A DNA stretch of 64,000 nucleotides from Candidatus Poseidoniales archaeon (lineage in GTDB: Archaea > Thermoplasmatota > Poseidoniia > Poseidoniales > Poseidoniaceae), in assembly GCA_038110525.1 (NCBI GenBank), contig JAYNJV010000006.1:444-64443 (forward strand), in the 5' to 3' direction. The position numbers and the translations under genes were made by a program. Every line of letters begins with the position of its first letter. The stretch's first letter is position 1. The notes under the pieces were generated by a model. The model saw only the letters and a program-made list of their open reading frames with translations, did not search any database and was not told where the DNA came from. Positions 56,138 through 64,000 of this stretch are shown here, in pieces.

Positions 56138-58192
56138 TCAGTCTGTTGAGTTTCCTTTGTCATCGAGATTGTGGAACGCCTTGGACTTTTCATGACTCCA
56201 ATGGTAACACAACTTCAATAGATTGAGGTAATGGTCTTCACCATCCTTTTCCATCTTTTCGTGAAGAGCTGTGTTGAACATAAAGAGGTCACCCCACACA
56301 TTTGCAGCGGTTCCCTTCTTTCCTTTTGGCAGGTCAAAGACTTCATCGGTTGTTGGCTCGAGCAAGTTCTTCCAAACGATCGCAGGGTTGATGGCCATGG
56401 TCACTTCAACAATGATTTCATCTTCGTTTAGGCCAGTACCTGTTTGCCATGAATCAGCACCGAGGTCGGCAAGGAATGGTAAACAAAGGTCGAGAATGGA
56501 TAGACCAGTCATTGGGTCGGCTCCAGTCATGGCAGCAAATGCATCACGCATTCGGCCACGGTCAGCTCCGCTTGAACCGGTGATTGTTCGAAGTTTGTCA
56601 ATCGATGTTGGAACAAGGAATCGGATATCGGTGTAATAGACGATGATATCTTCTGGGTTCTTTGGAGCAAAGATGTGCTCGTATGGTCGGTCACCGCCCT
56701 TTTCTCCAAGCATATCCATGGGGTACAATGTCTTGAGTGCGTTTGTAGCAATGGATTGAACGATTCGTCGAATGAGTCGTTCAGGTGCAGCAGAGACATC
56801 GTTGAACGATTCCATATATTCGTCAAGGTTCAAAATGTCGTAGCCACGAACAGCGAGAATCGAGTGAACGTTTGGTCCCATGACCTTTGAATCACCAATG
56901 GTTGCATTGCTCACCCATCGTGCACCCTTAGCAAAGTCGCTTGCTGTGACGAGGTCAGCATATGCTTTGTATCGGCGAGTTACACGAGCCATGAAATCTG
57001 CTTGGTCGAGTTTTGTAAACACGGTGTTTGCGTAATTTGATTTGAGTGCATGGTCGGCAACTTGACTTGCGTTGGTACAGGTGAGGAGGTTGCCTTGGTC
57101 ACTTGGGTAGATGAGCATACGACGTCGCTTGTTGGCGCCACCGAGCGAACCGATTCTTGGGTCGGTGAGGTACCATCCAAGACTTGCAGCGACTTCGAAG
57201 AGTCGGGCGTACTTGTCTTCATCACTTGCACCACGCAACCACTCGTCGAGACCAGGCTCGATACAATGGAACTCGAGCGGCACAGTTTCCGAACCAGCAC
57301 CGAACATTTGTCGCACAGTTGAGGAACGCATCATACCCATGAAAGTGTACAGTGAAGTCTTCCCAGTGGTGAGGAAGACGTCAGTAATACCTTCTTCACC
57401 GAACGATAGTCGTCGGTCAGGTAGGTTCACAAGGAGATTGAACGAAGTCGCAGTGTCTCTGTTTCCATCAACAGCTGGCCAAATCCATGTCCAAGGGCGA
57501 GTCATGATGTATCCGCTTGCATCTTTTCCAAACCCTGCAGGTGAATATCGAATCCAACCCAATCGATTGTTGAAGGCAACACCTCTGTGCATGAGAGATG
57601 GGTAGTAGATCTTGTCTTGAGGGTCCGAATCGGGCACAACACCGCGGTGGCCAAGTCCCCAAAGGATGGGTTCCCATTCTGCCACATCATCTTCCCCGCC
57701 ACCAAGGAATGGATGTCCTGGTTGAATTTCTTCACCGACGAGTAGAGAACCACCAAGACGTTCTTCATCTCCTGTTGAACAGAAGAAAAATGTTTGAGTG
57801 GTTACAATTTGTTTTGGTGTCCACATGTTGGCATTGACGACGGTCTTTTGCTTGAGAAAATCAGCCGGAGTCGATATTCTTCGTTCAAATTTGAACCGTT
57901 CCGACTCAATCCAGGTTGAACCAAGGTACAAGTTTGTGTTGAGGAGTTTTGGTTCACCATCACCAATGTATCGTGTTCGTGGGTCGGATTGTGTTGTATC
58001 AGTTCCTTGAACAGGCTCCCATGGCCCACGAGTAGGAATAAATTTGAGAAATTCTTCATGTTCAAAAGCCAACGATTGTGCCCCAGTGACTTCACCTTCG
58101 ACGACGTCCATGAGTCGAACGTATGTTTCGGCAGGTGTCATTCGCTTACTTTCTTGGAATTGTTTGTTTGATACTGATCTATGTTCCCACAT
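56138..58192 (-). CDS. Large hypothetical protein (684 aa), no family recognised
   Basis: Long clean ORF, GAGGTG SD overlapping the upstream stop, globular composition. Confidence 0.8.
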   Translation of the reverse strand: MWEHRSVSNKQFQESKRMTPAETYVRLMDVVEGEVTGAQSLAFEHEEFLKFIPTRGPWEPVQGTDTTQSDPRTRYIGDGEPKLLNTNLYLGSTWIESERFKFERRISTPADFLKQKTVVNANMWTPKQIVTTQTFFFCSTGDEERLGGSLLVGEEIQPGHPFLGGGEDDVAEWEPILWGLGHRGVVPDSDPQDKIYYPSLMHRGVAFNNRLGWIRYSPAGFGKDASGYIMTRPWTWIWPAVDGNRDTATSFNLLVNLPDRRLSFGEEGITDVFLTTGKTSLYTFMGMMRSSTVRQMFGAGSETVPLEFHCIEPGLDEWLRGASDEDKYARLFEVAASLGWYLTDPRIGSLGGANKRRRMLIYPSDQGNLLTCTNASQVADHALKSNYANTVFTKLDQADFMARVTRRYKAYADLVTASDFAKGARWVSNATIGDSKVMGPNVHSILAVRGYDILNLDEYMESFNDVSAAPERLIRRIVQSIATNALKTLYPMDMLGEKGGDRPYEHIFAPKNPEDIIVYYTDIRFLVPTSIDKLRTITGSSGADRGRMRDAFAAMTGADPMTGLSILDLCLPFLADLGADSWQTGTGLNEDEIIVEVTMAINPAIVWKNLLEPTTDEVFDLPKGKKGTAANVWGDLFMFNTALHEKMEKDGEDHYLNLLKLCYHWSHEKSKAFHNLDDKGNSTD

Positions 58193-58202
58193 GGTTTACA
58201 CC

Positions 58203-58706
58203 TCAAAATTTACGGCCCGCAGGTGGAGGCGTCTCTCCGTCCTCTTTAGCATCTTCCTCTTCACCCTCTGCTTCTTCTTCAGCACTTTCTTCAGGAGCCG
58301 AGTGTTCAAGTTCTTCATCAACCCCCTCCTCTTCAGTGTCTGATTCGACGTCTTGTGAATCTAATTCGACCGCCTCTTCGATATCCTCGTCGACTTCTTC
58401 GACAACAACAACAGCATCCTCTTCTTCTGGTGCAAGACCAGCGATCATCAACTGAAAAACGACGCCAAGCGTACCAAAAACCGCACCTACAAACAGCACC
58501 TTCCCATCATTGAGTCGTTGTCCATCGGGGTCATCGGCATCTTTGAGTGTGCCAGTTTCGGGTGGAATCAAGTCTGAACCAGAAAGATTGGTTATGATTT
58601 CCAAGCAAGCCCAAGCAGCAACCAACAACAAGACGATTGAAACGATGTTGATGGTTGAGCGATTATTGAGCACTTTGTTGACAAAGGGCGGAAGATTTGC
58701 ATCCAT
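58203..58706 (-). CDS. Two-TM membrane protein with Glu/Asp-rich C-terminal tail
   Basis: Two hydrophobic helices, then about 70 aa dominated by E and D. Confidence 0.75.
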   Translation of the reverse strand: MDANLPPFVNKVLNNRSTINIVSIVLLLVAAWACLEIITNLSGSDLIPPETGTLKDADDPDGQRLNDGKVLFVGAVFGTLGVVFQLMIAGLAPEEEDAVVVVEEVDEDIEEAVELDSQDVESDTEEEGVDEELEHSAPEESAEEEAEGEEEDAKEDGETPPPAGRKF

Positions 58707-58919
58707 TAATGAAAATTAAAAGGGCCCCAATTAAAAAAGTTGCCACGATAATGACCCTTGACACTTGATTGTCAAACCCCACACCCATGTTCACCAATCA
58801 ATGCATTCATTGAATATTCTGTATTCCTTGTGAACCAATCAATCGATGAGTTGATGAACGCGATTGAATCACTTTCACAAAGGCCAATGTGAAAAGCAGG
58901 GGCCAGCGGTTGAATCCCA

Positions 58920-60818
58920 TTGTCGTCAAACACTACCCTCCGAAATGCGGTGTTTGAAGATTTAGACCACATCCTTGAGATCGAACACGAAGCCTTCGAA
59001 TCGGACAGAATGTCGAGAAGGTCAATCCGGCGAGCCATTGCATCCGAGACAAACCTTGTCCAAGTTGTTGCTGAGGAGGAAAACATCCTTGGTTTTGTCA
59101 TCGTTTTTTTCGACCAGCGACGAAAATATGGGCGGATTTATTCAATTGCAATCAAATCTGAAGCAAGAGGACAGGGTTTGGGCTCATTACTCGTGGAATC
59201 TGCTGAAAAAGCCGCCATGGAAGTTGGAGCTATTCGAATGGTTTTGGAGGCACGTACGGGCCCACATGGCCCAATTAATTTTTACAGAAACTTAGGGTAC
59301 CATCATATTGCAACATTACCGAAATACTACGAAGACGGTGCTGACGGAATTCGAATGCAAAAACCCCTTCTTGTGGAACAATACGACGTCCTTGACCCCA
59401 TCATTCTGGTGGATAGAAGAGACCCAGCGTTACCAAGCGACCTAACATCAAGGCAAATGTCAATTCGAGATTATCTTTCCACCACCCAAGCCTTCCCTGG
59501 CCGGGTTGTCATCAACTTAGCACGGTCGTATGAGATGTTGACCAAAGGCTATTACGCAAGCCTTCTGGCTGAAGCCCGTGGTGAAATTTGTCTACCAAGT
59601 GCTCAAACATTGCTTGATGTGAACTGGAAACGAATTCACCAACAAGCCCTCGACGAATTAAGCCCACTTGTCCGCCGAGCCTCTCTCGGTGAGCATGCCC
59701 CCGAATTTGTCGATGTCCACTTTGGAATTGCCGAGGATGAACGGTTTGAAGAATTAGGACGACTTACTTTCCAATACTTTGAATGTCCAAGTTTGCGAAT
59801 TCACATGGAATTCGATGGCACTGTCATCGGTATCGAGGCGTTGCGAGCAAGCCGAGCAACACCACACCATTTCTTCAGAGCAATGCGAACGTTCCTTCAA
59901 GACCCGATTTCTTCAAACAACAAAAAACGCCAACACGCAATATCCATCGCGATGCTTGTTGATCCCGAAGAAACCCTCCCTCCTTCCGATGCTCCCGCCC
60001 TGTTGCTGTTTGAGGATGCAGCCCTTGATATCGGGGCGAGAATCACCCGAATTACGAAAAAAGATATTTCACGACTTTCCCAATTCGACGCATTGTTCAT
60101 TCGAGAGACTACAGCACTCGACCACCACACGTATCGTTTCGCAAGAAAGGCCCAATTGGAAGGACTATCGGTGATTGATGCCCCAGATACCATCCTTAGA
60201 TGTTCCAATAAAATCTACTTGAATGAGCGATTAAAACAACTTGGCGTCCCAACCCCAAACTCCATTACTTTTGACGAAAAAGAATTAGAGCATTTAGCAG
60301 AAACCGAAACCTTCCCTCTCGTCATCAAGATTCCCGACGGCTCTTTTTCCAAAGGGGTGCATTTGCTCCATAACAAGGATGAATTTATTCAGAAAGCCGA
60401 AGAATTGTTTGAACACTCCGATTTGTTATTGATTCAAGAATTCATGCCCACCGCTTACGATTGGAGGATTGGAATTCTTGACCACCAGCCAATCTTTGCT
60501 TGTCGATATTACATGGCTCCCAAACACTGGCAAATTTACGACCACAGTGGCGAGGCAGCAGTGAGTGGAGATTCTGATTGCATTCCAATCGAAGAGGTGC
60601 CGAAGGATGTGCTTGATGTCGCCATTCAAGCCTCATCTTCGATTGGTTTGGGTCTTTTTGGTGTGGATATTAAAGAGGGACCAAAAGGGCCAGTGGTGAT
60701 TGAAGTCAACGATAACCCAAACATTGACCAAGGGGTTGAAGATCTGATTCTCGGTATTGAATTGTATCGAATGATCTTGCGTTCTTTGATACGACCACTT
60801 GTCGAGTCACGCCGTTGA
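58920..60818 (+). CDS. GNAT acetyltransferase - RLAN - RimK-like ATP-grasp ligase fusion
   Basis: RimI-like GNAT (YSIAI...RGQGLG, FY..LGY, YYEDG); RLAN motif VINLARSYEMLTKGYYASLLAEARG; ATP-grasp (KIPDGSFSKGV, QEFMPT..DWRIG, GVDIK, IEVNDNP). Confidence 0.88.
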   Translation: MSSNTTLRNAVFEDLDHILEIEHEAFESDRMSRRSIRRAIASETNLVQVVAEEENILGFVIVFFDQRRKYGRIYSIAIKSEARGQGLGSLLVESAEKAAMEVGAIRMVLEARTGPHGPINFYRNLGYHHIATLPKYYEDGADGIRMQKPLLVEQYDVLDPIILVDRRDPALPSDLTSRQMSIRDYLSTTQAFPGRVVINLARSYEMLTKGYYASLLAEARGEICLPSAQTLLDVNWKRIHQQALDELSPLVRRASLGEHAPEFVDVHFGIAEDERFEELGRLTFQYFECPSLRIHMEFDGTVIGIEALRASRATPHHFFRAMRTFLQDPISSNNKKRQHAISIAMLVDPEETLPPSDAPALLLFEDAALDIGARITRITKKDISRLSQFDALFIRETTALDHHTYRFARKAQLEGLSVIDAPDTILRCSNKIYLNERLKQLGVPTPNSITFDEKELEHLAETETFPLVIKIPDGSFSKGVHLLHNKDEFIQKAEELFEHSDLLLIQEFMPTAYDWRIGILDHQPIFACRYYMAPKHWQIYDHSGEAAVSGDSDCIPIEEVPKDVLDVAIQASSSIGLGLFGVDIKEGPKGPVVIEVNDNPNIDQGVEDLILGIELYRMILRSLIRPLVESRR

Positions 60819-60835
60819 CGTAGGCAATGAAATCA

Positions 60836-62557
60836 TCATGCGTAAGCGTTGAGAATGGGGGACTCGTCAAGGTGGAAAAATGAAAATGTCGCCCACCAAA
60901 CAATCATGTCAAGGCTGTTGACGAGATTCGAAGTACCACTTTGAGACTCTCCGTAATTTTTGTCGGTGGTGTCCATCCAATCCTCCATTTCTTCAAGAGT
61001 GTCACATGTTTGGTGATAGCACCAATATCCATCAACAAGTCCACCGAAGCCCATGGTTACTGTGCCAAGATTCCTTTGAAAACTATCGTGGTCGGAACGA
61101 GCCGTTGTGTCTTCGTACACGATAATCTCGGGTCGATCTTTGGCGAGCCAATCATCGACTTTCCACGTCGAGGCATCGAATCCCGTTCCAAGGAGTGTGG
61201 ATTGCTGCTCTTCAACGCCAATGGCATCAGCCCCAATCCATAGGGCGAGACCGACCATCTCGGGTTGATTGAATTGGTCATGGTCGAGCGAAGGACCGAT
61301 GTAGACCCTCATTGGCCAAACCTCTTCGTCTTTGGGATAACCATCCGGGTCGACGGTAGGTTGTGGGTCGTTGTGTGGTGCCCCTCCACCACCTGGCCAA
61401 TTGACGCCAGCCATGTCAAGGTTGACGTAATTTGAAATGGTCACATCGGGATTGTCCTCAAGAACATAATATTCAGTCCAGTAGTCGCTTCCTCGCTTTC
61501 CACCTTCTTCACCCGACCAGAAACAAAACACCATCGTTCGACGAGTGTCGTAGGAAGACATCGCTTCGGCAACGGTGAGGACCATACTTGTTCCAGCAGT
61601 ATTGTCGTAAGCACCAACTCGAGTTCCGTATGTTCGAGTTCCCGTAACGTGGGGGTCATCGAGGACGAGATTTGCAGGCGGTGCAATGTCGAAATGAGCA
61701 CCGAACACCATCCATTCATTCGGATACACATCTCCATAGCGGAAACCACAGATGTTGTATCCTTCTGCATTTTGGTTGCCAAAGAAATCTGTAAATGCGT
61801 ATCGCTGAGTATCCACTTCAAGCCCAAATGATTCAAGTTGCCCAATGATGTATTGTGCCGCATCTTCGTAGGCGACATTGCCTTGACCAGCCCATCTGTC
61901 ATAATAGCCAGCAACACCGTCAATCAAATCAAGAGAAGGGCTTGGGTCGGTGATGTGATGAAGATAATTGTACGTTGTACGACCATTGACAACACCCGTG
62001 GAATGTCGTCCACCCTCAGCCTCACTGTAAGCAGGGGCAACATCACGACGAACATCGAGAAGAGCAACCGTCACCCCATCAGTATTGGTTGAAGTCATAT
62101 TGAATCGTTGCTCTCCTGCGGGAGTTGACATGAGACTACCCGATGAAGGGTCGAGATAGTCGCCAGCCACATACCATGTTTTCCATGACTCATTTGCCTC
62201 GCGAAGCGGCCAAGTGTCACGTCCGTATGCTCCAAGCAAAATGACCGCAGAATCGGCCCTTGGCGGAGCCAAGACTTGGAGTTGTACAGACTCTCCGGCT
62301 TTCAAATCAACAACAGTAGAATTGTACACAAATCCCGTATCCATGTCCTTCATCAAATACGGGACAAAGGCGGAAACATCGTTTTTCGCTTGAATTGTTA
62401 AGCCCTGAAAAACGCCCCCTACGAGCATTTTTGGTGTGATATCAACATCTTTGAGTCGAATCATATTTTCGTCTTCATTTTCTCCAAAACACCCAGAAAA
62501 TCCTGCTGTGAGGAACAAGACGAAGAGCAAAACCGCTTGCGTTTTCTTTTCGCCCAT
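60836..62557 (-). CDS. M28-family metallo-aminopeptidase lipoprotein
   Basis: Lipobox FSGC; GAHFD, GAYDNTAG, GEEGG, NLDM, SDH, YHQTCD. Confidence 0.9.
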   Translation of the reverse strand: MGEKKTQAVLLFVLFLTAGFSGCFGENEDENMIRLKDVDITPKMLVGGVFQGLTIQAKNDVSAFVPYLMKDMDTGFVYNSTVVDLKAGESVQLQVLAPPRADSAVILLGAYGRDTWPLREANESWKTWYVAGDYLDPSSGSLMSTPAGEQRFNMTSTNTDGVTVALLDVRRDVAPAYSEAEGGRHSTGVVNGRTTYNYLHHITDPSPSLDLIDGVAGYYDRWAGQGNVAYEDAAQYIIGQLESFGLEVDTQRYAFTDFFGNQNAEGYNICGFRYGDVYPNEWMVFGAHFDIAPPANLVLDDPHVTGTRTYGTRVGAYDNTAGTSMVLTVAEAMSSYDTRRTMVFCFWSGEEGGKRGSDYWTEYYVLEDNPDVTISNYVNLDMAGVNWPGGGGAPHNDPQPTVDPDGYPKDEEVWPMRVYIGPSLDHDQFNQPEMVGLALWIGADAIGVEEQQSTLLGTGFDASTWKVDDWLAKDRPEIIVYEDTTARSDHDSFQRNLGTVTMGFGGLVDGYWCYHQTCDTLEEMEDWMDTTDKNYGESQSGTSNLVNSLDMIVWWATFSFFHLDESPILNAYA

Positions 62558-62807
62558 GCAACTGCCACACCTTTCTCTTTCTCAAAGACTACGCTTTGAA
62601 GAATAAAGACAAGAGATTCAAATAGGTAGTAAACCTATAAATGAGTGATGGTATCAAACCCCAAAAAGAAGAAACGGCCAGCAAGAAAGGACATTCTATG
62701 GGCGCGCTTCCATATCGAGGTTATTGATGATGAACGATGTCCACTCATTGAGGGTTGAGGTTGGAAACAAACATCACTATATGAATGAAAGCAGAAACCA
62801 AAGTGCG

Positions 62808-63335
62808 ATGAAAGTCCTGTGCATTTTTGTTTTAATGGTGCTATTTCTTCCTACAGCGACCGCATTTGCAAATGATTCAGAAGATACGATCATCACAGTG
62901 GATAGTACAAACTTGAGATTCAGCCCGTCTTCAGTTACCATTGAAGAAGGACAAACCGTCCGATTTTTTTGGAGTGGCCAAGCCTTACCTCATAATGCAG
63001 TTGAACGAAACGGAGTTTTTGATTCAGGTGAACCACAACGAAATGTGAACTATTCATTTACATTTGAACGGGGCATGAATGGCACATACGAATTCGTTTG
63101 TGAACCACACGAATCTTTTGGTATGGTTGGTAGCATTACTGTAACACCGTTACCCCCCGAACAGCCCCAAGAAGAAAACGATACCAACACAACAACGACC
63201 ACGAGCGAGAACACACCGTTTGTCACGACGCCGATGACGATACTGTCCATCGTTGCAGCAGCTGTAGTACTACGAAGAGATTCAAAGCTCGTTGAGAATG
63301 GGGTCCTGGTCGAGCGAAAGGAAGACCATTGTTGA
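62808..63335 (+). CDS. Plastocyanin/halocyanin-like blue copper protein with C-terminal membrane sorting signal
   Basis: Signal peptide, F.PSSVTI..G.TV, PHN, CEPH...GM.G (type-1 Cu ligands H,C,H,M), Thr-rich linker, ENTPF-TM-RR tail. Confidence 0.88.
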   Translation: MKVLCIFVLMVLFLPTATAFANDSEDTIITVDSTNLRFSPSSVTIEEGQTVRFFWSGQALPHNAVERNGVFDSGEPQRNVNYSFTFERGMNGTYEFVCEPHESFGMVGSITVTPLPPEQPQEENDTNTTTTTSENTPFVTTPMTILSIVAAAVVLRRDSKLVENGVLVERKEDHC

Positions 63336-64000
63336 CCACCACGCTACAACATCGAAACTCTCAACGAGGTTTTGTTCGCCCGTTCCATTATCGGTTTCCA
63401 TGTACGACTCCATTTGGGAAAGCCGGTCACAATTTCTATGATAGCAAGGGTATCCATCAACAACACCATTCCAACCCATAGTGATGGTGTTGAGATTGGC
63501 TTGGAAAGGTTCGTGGTCAGACCTTGCAGTCGGGGACTCGTAAATGGCGACAGTATCTTCATACTGATTCGACCACATCGCAGATTCACCATCAGCCGAC
63601 CATGCAGCCCAACCCTTAGCGATTTGAGATTCAAGTCCGAGTTGGCCAGCGCCGATCCATTCTGCTAATTCATACATCGGTGCTTGGTCGATAATGTTCG
63701 GGTCGACTTCAGGACCAATATAACACGATAGAACCCAATCTCCCGGCCAGTTAATTCCCATCATATCGAGATTGACGTAATTCGTAACTTTGATTTCATC
63801 TCGTTCCGCTATGTCTTGGGTCCATGAGGATGAGCCCCACAACCCTTCTTCTTCACTCGACCATAGGCAGAATACCATTGTTCGTCGAGTATTGATTTTT
63901 GAAAGGGATTCAGCGGTCTCAAGAATCATTGAGGTGCCTGCAGTATTATCATATGCCCCCGTTCTTGTTCCATATCCTGGAATATCTGGGCCTGGAGTAT
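63282..64000 (-). CDS. M28-family aminopeptidase, second paralogue (5' end outside window)
   Basis: GAYDNTAG near 63935-63960, SEEEGLWGS, NLDM, SDH, YHRNCD; clear similarity to 60836-62557. Confidence 0.88.
   Translation of the reverse strand, partial: TPGPDIPGYGTRTGAYDNTAGTSMILETAESLSKINTRRTMVFCLWSSEEEGLWGSSSWTQDIAERDEIKVTNYVNLDMMGINWPGDWVLSCYIGPEVDPNIIDQAPMYELAEWIGAGQLGLESQIAKGWAAWSADGESAMWSNQYEDTVAIYESPTARSDHEPFQANLNTITMGWNGVVDGYPCYHRNCDRLSQMESYMETDNGTGEQNLVESFDVVAWWSTMVFLSLDQDPILNEL

Noticed and set aside
57340-57385. GKT in the 684-aa protein as a P-loop
   Set aside because: The context DVFLTTGKTS lacks the GxxxxGK[ST] first glycine, and no Walker B is evident.

Overview
This is an archaeal chromosomal fragment, most likely from Marine Group II Euryarchaeota (Ca. 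Poseidoniales). The assignment is inferred from archaeal rpl18a-pfdA-ftsY synteny, GGGP synthase, a DTK-motif proteorhodopsin, many lipid-anchored secreted peptidases and a giant repeat-rich surface protein. The first 11.2 kb is a single minus-strand ORF (>3,700 aa) that runs off the left edge and is absent from the ORF track. The rest is mostly housekeeping and heterotrophy genes: purL/purQ, uvrA, moeA, a tungstate ABC system, S8/M28/M50 peptidases and ABC/MFS transporters. The most notable observations are: (1) a MamK-like actin followed by a long coiled-coil protein; (2) a candidate replication origin at ~50.5-50.7 kb with inverted ORB-like boxes and no adjacent cdc6; (3) an apparent operon with an unknown 684-aa protein and a divergent primase-like AEP enzyme, divergent from a GNAT-RLAN-ATP-grasp fusion; (4) propeller domains apparently inserted into the same loop of successive Ig repeats in the giant protein; and (5) small AT-rich islets (SprT-like + zinc finger; RHH protein with an operator-like palindrome). 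No rRNA, tRNA, CRISPR array, integrase or transposase was recognised.
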